This document shows positions 20,126 through 30,554 of a stretch of 55,702 bases of DNA, one piece after another. The translations under genes were made by a program, and so were the position numbers. Under the pieces are notes generated by a model. That model ran no database searches, was not told where the DNA came from, and saw nothing but the letters and a program-made list of their open reading frames with translations. Source of the stretch: Chloroflexota bacterium (GTDB taxonomy: Bacteria; Chloroflexota; Dehalococcoidia; UBA2247; JAXHVC01); contig JAXHVC010000012.1 in NCBI GenBank assembly GCA_034189315.1, forward strand, positions 1-55,702. Direction: 5' to 3'. Position 1 is the stretch's first letter. Each line of letters begins with the position of its first letter.

Positions 20126-21868
20126 ATGTATACCGAGGAAGAACTCAGGGAAATTGAGAAGCAGCGAAAGGAATGGGAAGAAGGGCCACTTCGCAAATCC
20201 CTTCAGCGTTTTGGGCTCGCTGATAATCCTACTAAGTTCTGCACCCCATTAGATGTTAAAGGTTTCAGCTTTCTAGATAAAGTTGGCTTTCCCGGGGAAT
20301 ACCCGTTCACCGCAGGGAAATATGGAGTGAATATGCCCCCAGGATTGCTTGAGATGGGTCTGGGCATGGCCTCAGGAGGTAGAGCTCCAGCGGGAGGTTA
20401 CTCGGGCTATGGCACAGCCGAAGATACCAGAGACCATTACAAAAACATGCAATCCCTAGGAATGATGACCGGTCCAAACATCGCATTTGATCTACCAACA
20501 CAGTGTGGATATGACTCCGATGATGCCTCGGCCCGCGGAGAAGTAGGCAAAGTTGGTGTAGCGATTGATACCTTGCATGACTTCGAGATTATTTATGAAG
20601 CTTTTACAGGTTCGTTGGAAATAGATAAGATATCTTCCAATTGGACAATTAATGGCATGACCAACATTATAATAGCGATGTATATTGCCATTGCAGAGAA
20701 ACGCGGTGTACCTTTAGATAAACTAAGAGCTACACCACAGAATGACATATTGAAGGAATATATAGCTAGAGGTACTTATACGTTCCCCATCAAAGCATCC
20801 ATGCGGATGACCAGGGACACAATGGTATACTGCACTCAAAACATGCCTAACATGAACACAATAAGCATATCCGGCTATCATATTCGGGAAGCGGGAGCCA
20901 ATCCTGCCCAGGTTTTAGCATTTACACTCTCTGACGGTATAGCTTATATGCAAGAGGGAGTGAATGCGGGCTTAGATATAGATAGTTTTGCACCACGGAC
21001 TACCTTCCTCAATTTCGGTGGAACTATGGAGGTCTATCGAGAGATAGCTCTATACAGGGCACTACGGCGGGTATGGGGCAGGATAATGAAGGATCGGTTT
21101 AACGCAAAGAATCCAAGGAGCTGGATGCTCAGAGGTATCGGTGGCCCGATGGGGTGTTCAGTGACTACAGCACAGCGGCCTCTAAACAACCTCTCTCGTG
21201 GTGTTATCCAAGGTGTTGCATCTGCCCTATGTGGAGAGATACCTGCAGGAGGCGCTCCTTTTGATGAACCGCTGGGCTTGGGACACAGTCGAGAAGGGAT
21301 GCAATTGACTATTGATGCTGCGAGGATTATGGTCTGCGAAGCCAGGTTATGCGATGTAGCAGATCCTGTGGCAGGTTCCTTTTTCTTCGAGGCACTCACA
21401 GATGAGATTGAGCAAGAAGGATGGGCGCTTATCAACAAGATCGATGAAATGGGTGGCGCACCAGCGGCTATTGAAAAAGGATTTCCTCAAAGAGAGATTG
21501 CAAGGAGCGCCCATGAATGGCAGCGGCAGATAGAAGCAGGTGAAAGGACCGTAGTGGGAGTAAACAAGTTTGTGGGTGAACAAGAGTTAGATGTCCTGCC
21601 GCAAACTATCGTTGAGCATCCCTATGATCCCAAGAAAAGGGCAGCGGCAGAGGAGAAGCAAATTGATCGTCTTACAAAGATCAAGAAGGAAAGGGATAAT
21701 GAGGCAGTCCAGGCAAGCCTGAAACGTCTCAAAGAGGCTGCCCAAGACGATAGCGTCAACTTGATACCTCCGCTTGTGGAATCAGTAAAACTCTATGCTT
21801 CACTTGGAGAAATGACCAAGGCCCTTAAAGAAGTATTTGGAGAATACCAGTCTTACGGTAATCTCTAA
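20126..21868 (+). CDS. B12-dependent acyl-CoA mutase large (substrate-binding) subunit, methylmalonyl-CoA mutase family, divergent
   Basis: GFPGEYPFT.G, AFDLPTQ.GYDSD, GEVGKVGVAID, QNDILKEY.ARG, ISISGYHIREAGA and VVGVNKF motifs. No DxHxxG cobalamin-binding domain. Confidence 0.88.
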   Translation: MYTEEELREIEKQRKEWEEGPLRKSLQRFGLADNPTKFCTPLDVKGFSFLDKVGFPGEYPFTAGKYGVNMPPGLLEMGLGMASGGRAPAGGYSGYGTAEDTRDHYKNMQSLGMMTGPNIAFDLPTQCGYDSDDASARGEVGKVGVAIDTLHDFEIIYEAFTGSLEIDKISSNWTINGMTNIIIAMYIAIAEKRGVPLDKLRATPQNDILKEYIARGTYTFPIKASMRMTRDTMVYCTQNMPNMNTISISGYHIREAGANPAQVLAFTLSDGIAYMQEGVNAGLDIDSFAPRTTFLNFGGTMEVYREIALYRALRRVWGRIMKDRFNAKNPRSWMLRGIGGPMGCSVTTAQRPLNNLSRGVIQGVASALCGEIPAGGAPFDEPLGLGHSREGMQLTIDAARIMVCEARLCDVADPVAGSFFFEALTDEIEQEGWALINKIDEMGGAPAAIEKGFPQREIARSAHEWQRQIEAGERTVVGVNKFVGEQELDVLPQTIVEHPYDPKKRAAAEEKQIDRLTKIKKERDNEAVQASLKRLKEAAQDDSVNLIPPLVESVKLYASLGEMTKALKEVFGEYQSYGNL

Positions 21869-21881
21869 GTAGAACGCCAGT

Positions 21882-21956
21882 TCCCCGATAGCTCAATGGT
21901 AGAGCATGCGGCTGTTAACCGCAGGGTTGTAGGTTCGAGCCCTACTCGGGGAGCCA
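21882..21956 (+). tRNA. tRNA-Asn (GTT)
   Basis: Cloverleaf with acceptor stem TCCCCGA/TCGGGGA, D arm GCTCAATGGTAGAGC, anticodon GTT (21914-21916), GGTTCGAGCCC T arm and encoded CCA. Confidence 0.97.
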
Positions 21957-22371
21957 ATTCATTCTAAGCAAGATTTTTCTTTCCTGTCCACATGGTTCGC
22001 ATCCCTCAGAACAGCTAATTACCCATTAGGCATTTCACACTTCTATAGCTAAGGGCCACGCCTCTAAACAGGTCCTCTAGCCATCTCTTTACATCATTTT
22101 GAAGAATCTGGTCTATTGCTGCAATAAATTCCAGTACATCCTTCATGCCGTGACACTTCAATGATTTGTAACTCTTGCCGACTCTAGGAAGACCAAAGTC
22201 TCTCCTACTCACAGGCACAGCTCGATAAACATAAGTCAAACAGACAACATCATTATGTATTGTCCAAAAGAATTATATCTTGAAAATGAACTTTTTCGAG
22301 ATGTTGTGCGTTATTTATTACAGGGCGGTTTTTTTAAGCCCTCCCCCAAAAAAGCACAGGGCACTAGGTGA

Positions 22372-25300
22372 ATGTTGAAAGAAAAGCTGCAGAAGACTAC
22401 GCCTTTTATCTACGGAATCACTTTCATCCTGATTCTATCGATCTGTTCATTAGGATTCCTTACTCCGTTTTCTACAGTTTCGATCGGCTCTGCGTCTTCG
22501 GGAACAGAATTCAATTCATCTGTCTCATGCCTCTACAAAGCAGGGCTGAATGGTAGTATTACTAGCAACATCCTGGTGGATAGGTTGACCGATGACGGAG
22601 ACGAAACCATTCTCGTGGGCACTTCCGATGGACTCTATCTGATCTCCAACGGTGTGCTGCAGCGCTACATCCCCTCACCCTTCGGGATATCTCACATCGC
22701 GTTGGTAGAAGATGTGACTGGCGATGACCTCAGAGATATTGTGGTCTCTCTTAAGGAGGCCGATGTCCCCGCACTCCGATGCTACGATGGCGCCACCGGT
22801 GAGAAAGTCTGGCACTTCGCTTCCAAACAAAAGGTCTTCGTGAAAGGAATGGGCTGGGGGGAAGTCCAGCTTGCCACCACTGGCCTCCAGATTGCCAGGG
22901 ATCGAGACTCCCAGATCGTGATAGTGACGAGTGGCCGCTGTGTGTTTGCCCTAGACGTTCATGAGGGCAGTCAGTTATGGAAGTTCGAGGCCTTGGATCG
23001 CTTGGGGCACCTGGCTCTGGTTGCCGATATCAATGGCGATGACGTTGAAGAACTCGCTATAGGTTCTGAGGATGGTTATCTATACATGCTCAGTGGGAAG
23101 TCGGGAAAGGTGCTGTGGAAAAAGAGGATCGCTGAGGAGCTTACCCTGGAATATGGAGGGGGTAACACTGAGATGGTACAGACAGGAATAACGAGTATCC
23201 AAACTCTAGCTAGAGAGACTGGCCGGATCATAACAGGCTCAGGAGACGGCAAGGTTCGATTGATTGACCTGAAGGACAAGAGGTGTGTGTGGGAGAAAAC
23301 CATTGTCGCATCGGAGGACGACCTACCGACAAACCTTCGCGTCTTTCTGGGGGTGGATACTACCGAGGACGGATTGCCTGAGGTCCTGGTAGCCAAGGAC
23401 GATTATGAATGCCAAGGGGATGACCGGTCCTCCGGAGGCGGTTCTATCTTTGGAGGTTCGACGAGCCGCGTTCCTACAATACAATGGGAGGAATTCGGCG
23501 AGGGGCATCAGGAGGTGCAGTCATCTGGCGAACTCGAACAGAGGGAAGTCACCCTTCTCGACGCCGAGGGTGGGGAGGAGCTGTGGCAAAGGGACCTCTA
23601 TCTGTGGAGCGATGCTGATCCGGAGATTGCCTCCCACAACGGCGATCCTGTATTCCTGGAGCCTCACAAGCAGCAGGTGAGAAGAATTGACCTCTCCACC
23701 GGAGACCTGCTTGATTCAATCGCAATAAGCACCCTGGATGGGGAAGCGCCCAGGATTAAAGTCTTCAACGATGAATAGCTACCTCCTCGCTTCAGACGGA
23801 AGCGATCTCGCAGTCATCTCGGCCACATCAGGGAACACAGAGTGGTACTACCCCAGAGCAGAGGGTTCCGAGGCGGAAACTGGCGAGTTCACCGGTGACG
23901 AAACACAAGACCTTCTCGTCTCCTTCAAAGCGATGCAACCAGCAGATCAGGAGACGAGGATCAGGATAGTGAGCGTGCTCAAGGGTGCCGCCTATAGTGA
24001 AGCATGGAGCTACGAAGTCCCCTATGACGAGTTTGTTACGTTGGGTGGACTGGAAGAGGCGCAGGCAGCTCCTGACCTGACCGGGGACGGGATTCAAGAT
24101 GTGATCGCATATCGAGACGGGAGCATCTTTGTGTTCATTGGCACCGATGGCTCCCTCTCTGAAATCGGCGCCGCCGGTGGAGGCATAGCTTACCTCGATA
24201 CCATGGATAAGGGAGAGAACACGGTTATTGCGGCTGGCCTGCAGGATAGAATCCTGATCATCGACAATGTCGGAGATCAACTATGGAATAGCCCCTATTC
24301 CGACTGGGCGGACGAGACCACCGGAGAGTTCCGAGTGCTGGAGGATATCAACAACGACGAAATTAGCGATTTGGCGATCCTGTTCAGCGACCGGATAGTC
24401 ATCGCGGAGAGCACGGGAGAAAACCCTCTGGGCTTCCAGGTGTGCCATACCATTGAGGCTGAGGAGGGAAAGGCCTTCACGTTCAGAGAGCTGGCGCCGG
24501 ATGCTAACGCAGATGGTGTGCGGGAGATAGTCGTCCAGGAATCGGAGGAGACGATAGCCTCTGACCAAACAGGTGGCATGAATATCTCGGACGGAATTCT
24601 TACTCTCCATGGCCCAGGAGACCAGAATTTTACCCTGTTAATGATTTCACCCGTGGGAGGAGAAACGCTGCTGGAACTGGAAGCACAGGCCGGAACGCCC
24701 TTCGATCTGGCCTGTGATGATTTCAACGGCGATGGTCATGCCGATTCTCTCGTCTGCTGGGAATCGGCATGGAATTACAGTGATGTAACGAACCCAAAGC
24801 TGGAGATCTTCTCAGGGAAGACGGGAGAAAGCCTGTGGAGTTTTTCCTATCCCACGAGACCTTGGGAGGGATGGAGGGCCTCTGGTGATACGGTGCCTGC
24901 TGCCTCCGTAGGGGACCTCAACGGCGATGGAAACGATGAGCTAGCCTTCAGTATCGATATTAAGGATGTCGTAAGTACTACTGCAAAAGAGCTTTGGATA
25001 TATGATGTGTCCAATGATGCCCTGCTCAAGAAGATCACCCTGCCTGCTACCAAACAATCCCCCAGCGGAGGACAACGCGTCGTCACTTTGGGTAATGCCG
25101 AGGGTGAAATCCGCAGCTTCAATAGCGTGGAGGGGAACACCTTTTATTCGCCTGGGGAGGCGATACAAAGAGTAGAGGACCTTAATGGGGATGGAACTCC
25201 GGAACTGGTCACCCTTATCAGTCAAGATGTGGCAACTACCGGCACCAGGAATTGTGTAACCATGATAGATGTCATGAGCGATAGGTTGCCATACTGCTTT

Positions 25301-25747
25301 TGGATGAGCACCCCGGAGTTCTTTGAGACGGAAGAGGAGAACGTGCTGGGCGCGGTGACAGGGAGCGGCGTGTATCTTGTAGACACTACGGATAACCTTC
25401 GGATAACTTCCCCTGCCGACGGAAGTAGTAATGCCTCACCGGTGAAGGTCTCTTGGGAAGGAACCGGCTCCGGTGACTTTGTTGAGGTCTTCGTTGATGG
25501 CGTCCGGAGCACCCTTACCAATGATGCCAAGGCAAGTATATCCATGGCCAGCGGGGAGCACTCCTTAGTGGTGCGCTCTATCGATGACGGCGGAAGGGTA
25601 TCCTTTGCGGCAACGACCTTCAAAGTGAAGGAGTTCCCCTGGGCTACCCTTGTGACCCTTTTGGCAGTTGTGCTCCTGCTTATCATCTATTTCTATGCCA
25701 GGATCAATCGAGCCCGTCGCAGACGGCGCAGCAGGGAGATTTCTTAA
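22372..25747 (+). pseudogene. Large surface protein with PQQ-like/FG-GAP beta-propeller repeats, Ig-like domain and C-terminal TM anchor, split by a frameshift near 23775
   Basis: ORF 22372-23778 (N-terminal TM, DxTGD/DINGD repeats) and ORF 23738-25747 (DLNGDG repeats, LRITSPADGS, TM plus RRRRR) overlap at GATGAATAG. The second part has no export signal. Confidence 0.7.
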
Positions 25748-25836
25748 TGAGGAAGCCAGGAACCCATGAGATTGTGAATAGGAATCTATGAATTCATGGC
25801 TTCGTGGTTTCAGTATAAAAGGCGTTGAGGGGAAGC

Positions 25837-26775
25837 ATGACGACTAGTCTGATGATAGAAACGAAAAGACTGACCAAGACCTTCGGCGCGTTCGTTGCCG
25901 TCAAGGATCTTGACCTGAAAGTTCGAACGGGGAGTATTCATGGCTTTGTAGGGCCAAACGGTGCCGGGAAGTCCACTACCCTCAAGATGCTGATCGGTGC
26001 CATCAGGAGCACCGCAGGGGAGGGGAGGATCGGTGGACATCCCCTTGGTTCTGAGGCAGCAAGGAGGCTCCTTGGATATTCCTCTGATCGCCCCTCTTTC
26101 TACAGGGACATGACTGCCTGGGACTATCTGGTTCATATGGCAGAGCTGAGCGGGATGCGTATCGACGAGGCGGAATCCAGAGCCAGGGAGCTATTGAAAT
26201 GGCTGGAATTAGCAGAGTTCTCTGATGCTAAAGTAGGTGGTTTTAGCGCTGGGATGAAACAGCGGCTGAGTCTAGCCCTGGCAATGGCTCACCGACCACG
26301 GCTGCTGCTCCTCGATGAACCTACCGCTAACCTTGATCCCGATGGCAGAGCATCCCTTTTGGAGCAACTCAGGCAGCTTCAGCAAGAACAAGGCATCACC
26401 ATCTTTATAAGCAGCCATATCCTGCCGGAGCTGGAGCAACTCGTGGACGCAGTAACCATGATCGACAAGGGGCGCATAGTTGCCGAGGATAGCATCTCCC
26501 AATTGAAGCAGGAGATATCTTCAAATCATTACGTTCTCACTACCTCGGACAACGAAGCGGTCTATCGTGCTCTGGAGGACAAGGCCTGTGTGCAGGAGAT
26601 CCACCTCGATGCTGAGGGTGTTATCCATTTGACCAGCGATGATTTGGCTACCTTGCAGGATACGGTAATGGAAGCCGTATCTGCATGCAAGGCACTGCTC
26701 AAGAACTTCGGCGAAGAGCAGGTGAGCCTGGATGATATCTATCGTAAGACGATGAGGCAGGACAAGGATTCTTGA
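25837..26775 (+). CDS. ABC-2 type transporter ATP-binding protein
   Basis: GPNGAGKST, FSAGMKQRL, LLDEPT and ISSH motifs. ATG 25837 follows GAGGGG. Confidence 0.9.
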   Translation: MTTSLMIETKRLTKTFGAFVAVKDLDLKVRTGSIHGFVGPNGAGKSTTLKMLIGAIRSTAGEGRIGGHPLGSEAARRLLGYSSDRPSFYRDMTAWDYLVHMAELSGMRIDEAESRARELLKWLELAEFSDAKVGGFSAGMKQRLSLALAMAHRPRLLLLDEPTANLDPDGRASLLEQLRQLQQEQGITIFISSHILPELEQLVDAVTMIDKGRIVAEDSISQLKQEISSNHYVLTTSDNEAVYRALEDKACVQEIHLDAEGVIHLTSDDLATLQDTVMEAVSACKALLKNFGEEQVSLDDIYRKTMRQDKDS

Positions 26776-26811
26776 TTACTATATTGTTATAAGGTTTCCT
26801 ACCAAGGAGGA

Positions 26812-27753
26812 ATGTTGGGCTTTCGAACGGTATTTCGCAAAACGCTTATTGACCTTACGGGATGGAAGAGCCTGCTGACCCTTGTTGTGATTGGCCTGCT
26901 GTTTCCAGTCCTTGTGATGATGTCCCACCAATGCAACACCGATTGGGGTCTGGCAGCACAGACCCACAGCCTGGTGGATTTCTTTCTCATGGTCTTTTTC
27001 ATCTGGACTGGCGGATTTTTTATCGCTTTCCTGGTATCGGCAAACGCAGTGGGCTCCATCTCCAAGGAAGATGCAGAGGGGACCCTGCTCTTCCTGGTAA
27101 GCAAGCCTGTCAGCCGTCGCCATATCGTGCTGGCAAAACTGGCGGCTGTAGTGGTACGGGCGGTGATCCTGGAGACCCTCATGGCAATGGTCTTTTTCCT
27201 GATCCTTCGATTCCTGCTTCCCTTGGAACAGGATACCTTCCTGGCCTTTTTGAGAACTATACCCTGGCTCATCCTGTACTCTCTTGTGATCGTTGTTCTT
27301 TGCGGTACTCTGTCAATGGCCCTTTCGGCCCTGATAAGGAACCAGATCGTAGCAATGAGCCTTGTCAGTGTTGCCATCATAGCCCTCTTTCTATCGGGAG
27401 CGGTGGTTCACCGGATGGTCCCGGACAACTACGATGATTACCACCTCTACTACGTCGATCCCTCATATCATCTGGGTAATGTTTTTGTTCCCGTTCTGAA
27501 ACAAACCTCTGGCGGAGAGCTGCCCCCGGCTTCCTCCGAGGCTTCGGATTCGGTAGATATGATGCGAGGCATGAACGGGGTGTTCAAGAGCGGAGACGAT
27601 TCCCGGGGCAAAGCAGGCGTGCTGGAATTCTTCTACCCGGCGGAGCTGACTGACTACGTAAGTCCAGCGGTATCCCTGGCGCTCTTTGTAATGATCTCCG
27701 GCCTTGCCTTAGGACTGGCCTTATGGGCAATGGAGAGGAAGGAAGTGCATTAG
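26812..27753 (+). CDS. ABC-2 type permease
   Basis: About 6 TM helices, ISKE...GTL.FLVSKPVSR..IVLAK motif, AAGGAGG RBS. Confidence 0.85.
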   Translation: MLGFRTVFRKTLIDLTGWKSLLTLVVIGLLFPVLVMMSHQCNTDWGLAAQTHSLVDFFLMVFFIWTGGFFIAFLVSANAVGSISKEDAEGTLLFLVSKPVSRRHIVLAKLAAVVVRAVILETLMAMVFFLILRFLLPLEQDTFLAFLRTIPWLILYSLVIVVLCGTLSMALSALIRNQIVAMSLVSVAIIALFLSGAVVHRMVPDNYDDYHLYYVDPSYHLGNVFVPVLKQTSGGELPPASSEASDSVDMMRGMNGVFKSGDDSRGKAGVLEFFYPAELTDYVSPAVSLALFVMISGLALGLALWAMERKEVH

Positions 27754-27764
27754 GGGCACAACAT

Positions 27765-28674
27765 ATGCAGATTGTGATCACCGGGGCTACAGGTTTTATC
27801 GGCAAAGCTTTGTGCTAGAGCTTGGTCCAGGATGGCCACGAGGCCGTTGCGCTCACGCGCAGTCCTGCCAAAGCAAACAAGGTATTGGGAGAACAGGTCA
27901 CATCTATCCAGTGGGACGGTTGCAGCTCAGAGGGGTAGTCATCCCTAGTCGAATGTGCCAGGGCCATTGTCAACCTGGCTGGGGAGAATACCGGCGGCGG
28001 ACGCTGGATGTGGGCAATGAAGCAAGTCATTCTCCAGAGCCGTCTGTATGCGGGACAGGCCGTAACCAGGGCGGTGGAGGATGCCAAGACGAAGCCAGGT
28101 GTGGTTATCCAGGCGTCAGGTATTGGTCGCTACGGTCCGCATGGAGATGAGGTGCTTGATAAGTCAGCGCCCTACGGCAGCGATTTTCTCTCCGATGTAG
28201 CCTGCCAGTGGGAGGCATCGACTGGAGCTGTGGAGCGATGGGGGGTGCGTCGGGTGATTCTTCATACCAATGCAGTGCTCGAAAGGGATGGAGGCATGCT
28301 ACCTCGGATGCTTCTCCCTATTCGTCTGTTTGAGGGTGGACCCTTGGGCAATGGCCATCAGTGGCTTTCCTGGATTCATCGGGAAGATGAAGTGCGGGCT
28401 CTTCGTTTCTTCTTGAAAACAAGGATGTCCATGGAGCCTTCAACCTGACTACCCCAGAACCTGTGACGAAGCACGACTTCTGTCGTCTGTGGGCAAGGCG
28501 ATGGGGCGACCATCCTGGTTGCCTATCACAGGATTCGTCTTGCGGCTGCGTTGCGGTGAGATGACCGATACTCTGCTGCTCTCCGGCCAGCGCTTCGTCC
28601 CCAAATAGTTACAGGAGGCGGGATTCGGGTTCAACTATCCCAAAGCCGAGCTTGCCCTGAAGGAGATCGTATAG
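27765..28674 (+). pseudogene. TIGR01777-family NAD-dependent epimerase pseudogene
   Basis: MQIVITGATGFIG, VNLAGE, QSRL, ASGIG.YG, FL..V...WE, GG.L..M, SWIH.ED and GF.F.YP motifs, interrupted by several stops and frameshifts. Confidence 0.85.
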
Positions 28675-28695
28675 AGATGTCAAGGCTGATCCCTG

Positions 28696-28746
28696 GACGT
28701 AGCCATTATCTTCACGTTCGATAATTGCGGTGAGTTGTTTTTGCAT
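28696..28746 (-). pseudogene. 5' fragment of a HicB-family antitoxin
   Basis: AGGAG RBS then ATG 28746 gives MQKQLTAIIEREDNGYV, a typical HicB N-terminus. Similarity stops abruptly after YV. Confidence 0.65.
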
Positions 28747-28784
28747 AATACCTACTCCTGGTTACCTTTTGAGTACCCAGCAAG

Positions 28785-28926
28785 ATAATATATCGCTCTT
28801 TGCACGCTCACAATTCTCATAAGTGATCTTGTCATACAGTCTCCCTATTTACATCCCATAAAGAGCCTGTATTGGGCCTGTTTGCGAATAAAACCTGGTA
28901 ACCATCTTATACATACTCCCCTGAAG
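28785..28926 (-). repeat. Copy 1 of a ~145-bp direct repeat carrying a minus-strand sigma70 promoter
   Basis: Shares CTCTTTGCACGC.CACAATTCT, AGTCTCCCT, GTATTGGG, TTGCGAATAAAACCTGG, CCATCTTATAC and CATACT.CCCTGAAG with 34852-35002. Promoter is TTGTGA-17-TATTAT on the minus strand. Confidence 0.85.
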
Positions 28927-29122
28927 ATGGCAGGTTGGATTTCAGTTCCTTCAATCCAACAATATTGCAGCGCGATTGCCTTTGGGTTTCGCCGTGCTCA
29001 CTCCAACCCGCATCTGTCCATCTTCGTGTCCGAGAGCATCTTGGAGAAAGATGGGATGATCCCACTCCCTCACGGGCACAGGCCTTTTACCAAGAGTTCT
29101 CAAATTTTTACGAGAAGGGGTA

Positions 29123-29178
29123 TTGACAAAATTTGATTGGATAGTAAAATAGTTGCAAAGAACTTTGTGTTGCAAAGT
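29123..29178 (+). promoter_or_regulatory. Promoter plus palindromic operator for the membrane protein/wHTH operon
   Basis: TTGACA (29123-29128), 16-nt spacer, TAAAAT (29145-29150). Palindrome ACTTTG-N5-CAAAGT at 29162-29178. TTGCAAAG occurs twice. Confidence 0.6.
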
Positions 29179-29224
29179 ACAACCCAAAACCTGTAGGGGG
29201 TTGGGGATTGCAGGAGGTACACAA

Positions 29225-29824
29225 ATGGCATATGCAATGAATTTGAAGCAGATCGAGAGGAAAGCCTGGGTGTCCCATTTCGAGGACGGATTGTGGGATA
29301 TCGCTTTGGCCATGTTCATGCTAACACCTGCAATTCGGACGTTCACGGACAACGTCTGGTTCACCCTCTTGTTTGCAGTGGCCCCGTTGGTCCTTATAGG
29401 AGGGAAACGATTCATTACCACCCCCCGTATTGGCCGAGTCAAGTTCGGTCGTGAGAGAAAGGATAGACAGAGGAGGATACTGATCGCCTTTGGTCTGACA
29501 ATCCTCATCACTCACGCAGCCCTTGTAATCGTCCTGGGTGTGCTGAATCCCTCCGAGACATGGATGCGTGTGGTCACGATAGGCCTTTGCCTCGGGGCAA
29601 TCTTGGGGTTGGTGGCCTATCTCCTCGACATCCCGCGTCTCTATGGGTATTTCCTGTTGCTTTTGACGGGTTGGGTACTTTGGGAGGCCTTCGGTGATCC
29701 TACTGGTCCGATCTGGCTCGCCCTTTCAGGGGGTGTTGTCCTGACCATTGGGATTGCCCTGCTCCTTCGTTTCCTTCACAAATATCCAAAGCTGGCTGAG
29801 GAGGTGCTGGACAACAATGTATGA
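29225..29824 (+). CDS. Multi-pass membrane protein (about 6 TM), typically paired with a wHTH regulator
   Basis: GGAGG RBS then ATG 29225. FEDGLWD, ITTPRIG.VKF and FL.KYP motifs with hydrophobic helices. Confidence 0.75.
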   Translation: MAYAMNLKQIERKAWVSHFEDGLWDIALAMFMLTPAIRTFTDNVWFTLLFAVAPLVLIGGKRFITTPRIGRVKFGRERKDRQRRILIAFGLTILITHAALVIVLGVLNPSETWMRVVTIGLCLGAILGLVAYLLDIPRLYGYFLLLLTGWVLWEAFGDPTGPIWLALSGGVVLTIGIALLLRFLHKYPKLAEEVLDNNV

Positions 29825-30140
29825 AGTAGACGATGATACTCTACAACCGGTGCCAGAGATCGATCGATTGGTTCACGAACCAGCCCGGCTGATGATCCTT
29901 GCGCACCTTTACGTTGTAGAAAGCGCAGATTTTCTCTTCCTGATGCGCCAAACCGGGCTGACCTTTGGAAATCTGTCATCGCACATGAGCAAGCTGGAGG
30001 CTGCGGGATACATCGATATCCAGAAGGAATTCGTGGGCAAGAAGCCCCATACCATGCTTCAGATCACCAACGCGGGACGAGTCGCCTTGCGCGAGTACCA
30101 GAAGCGCATGAAGCAGGTCCTTGATGATCTGCCTGATTGA
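29817..30140 (+). CDS. Winged-helix transcriptional regulator (MarR/ArsR-like HTH_34)
   Basis: IDRLVHEPARLMIL..L, ADFLFL, GLT.GNLSSH..KLE.AGY and K.FVGKKP.T motifs. GGAGG RBS. Confidence 0.88.
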   Translation: MYEVDDDTLQPVPEIDRLVHEPARLMILAHLYVVESADFLFLMRQTGLTFGNLSSHMSKLEAAGYIDIQKEFVGKKPHTMLQITNAGRVALREYQKRMKQVLDDLPD

Positions 30141-30189
30141 CTGCTCGGTGTCTATTGCTTCCAAACTGCGTAATACTTCTTCCTGCTCG

Positions 30190-30412
30190 CCACAGAGGCC
30201 ACGAGACTGGAGTTGCTTTGAGGTCTTCGCCGGGAAGGTGGCAGAGGGGATCAAGCTTCGGCACGACCACGGGGATCAGTATATGTCACATGGCTTTTTG
30301 GGAGGAGATTCGATTCCTGGGTATCGAGAGTACACCAGCCTTCGGTCGAGAGCCTGAGGGGAACGGCTGCGCTGAGCGATTCCTACGTACTCTCAAGGAG
30401 AACCTGTTGTCT
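30190..30412 (+). mobile_element. IS3-family transposase remnant (integrase-core fragment, frameshifted)
   Basis: LRHDHGDQYMS in one frame continues as EIRFLGIESTPAF.REPEGNGCAERFLRTLKE in another. Confidence 0.8.
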
Positions 30413-30554
30413 GTGAAATCCGAATATGAAACAATAGACGGAATGTTGGTAGCTGTTTCTGGGTTGTCTGATAGTCAAACGTCCTTGGCGAGAAAGTGAC
30501 CTTTTTGCTCACAGGGGCAGATATTGCCACTTGACAAGAAAGGCCTTATAAGAG

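Noticed and set aside
27765-28674. In-frame stop codons in the epimerase as recoding (pyrrolysine or selenocysteine)
   Set aside because: They co-occur with frameshifts and fall at non-catalytic positions, consistent with ordinary pseudogene decay.
28951-29070. Minus-strand peptide PIFLQDALGHEDGQM as an integrase (LQ..LGH) or kinase C-terminal remnant
   Set aside because: Too short and ambiguous. No HxxR or catalytic Tyr in register.
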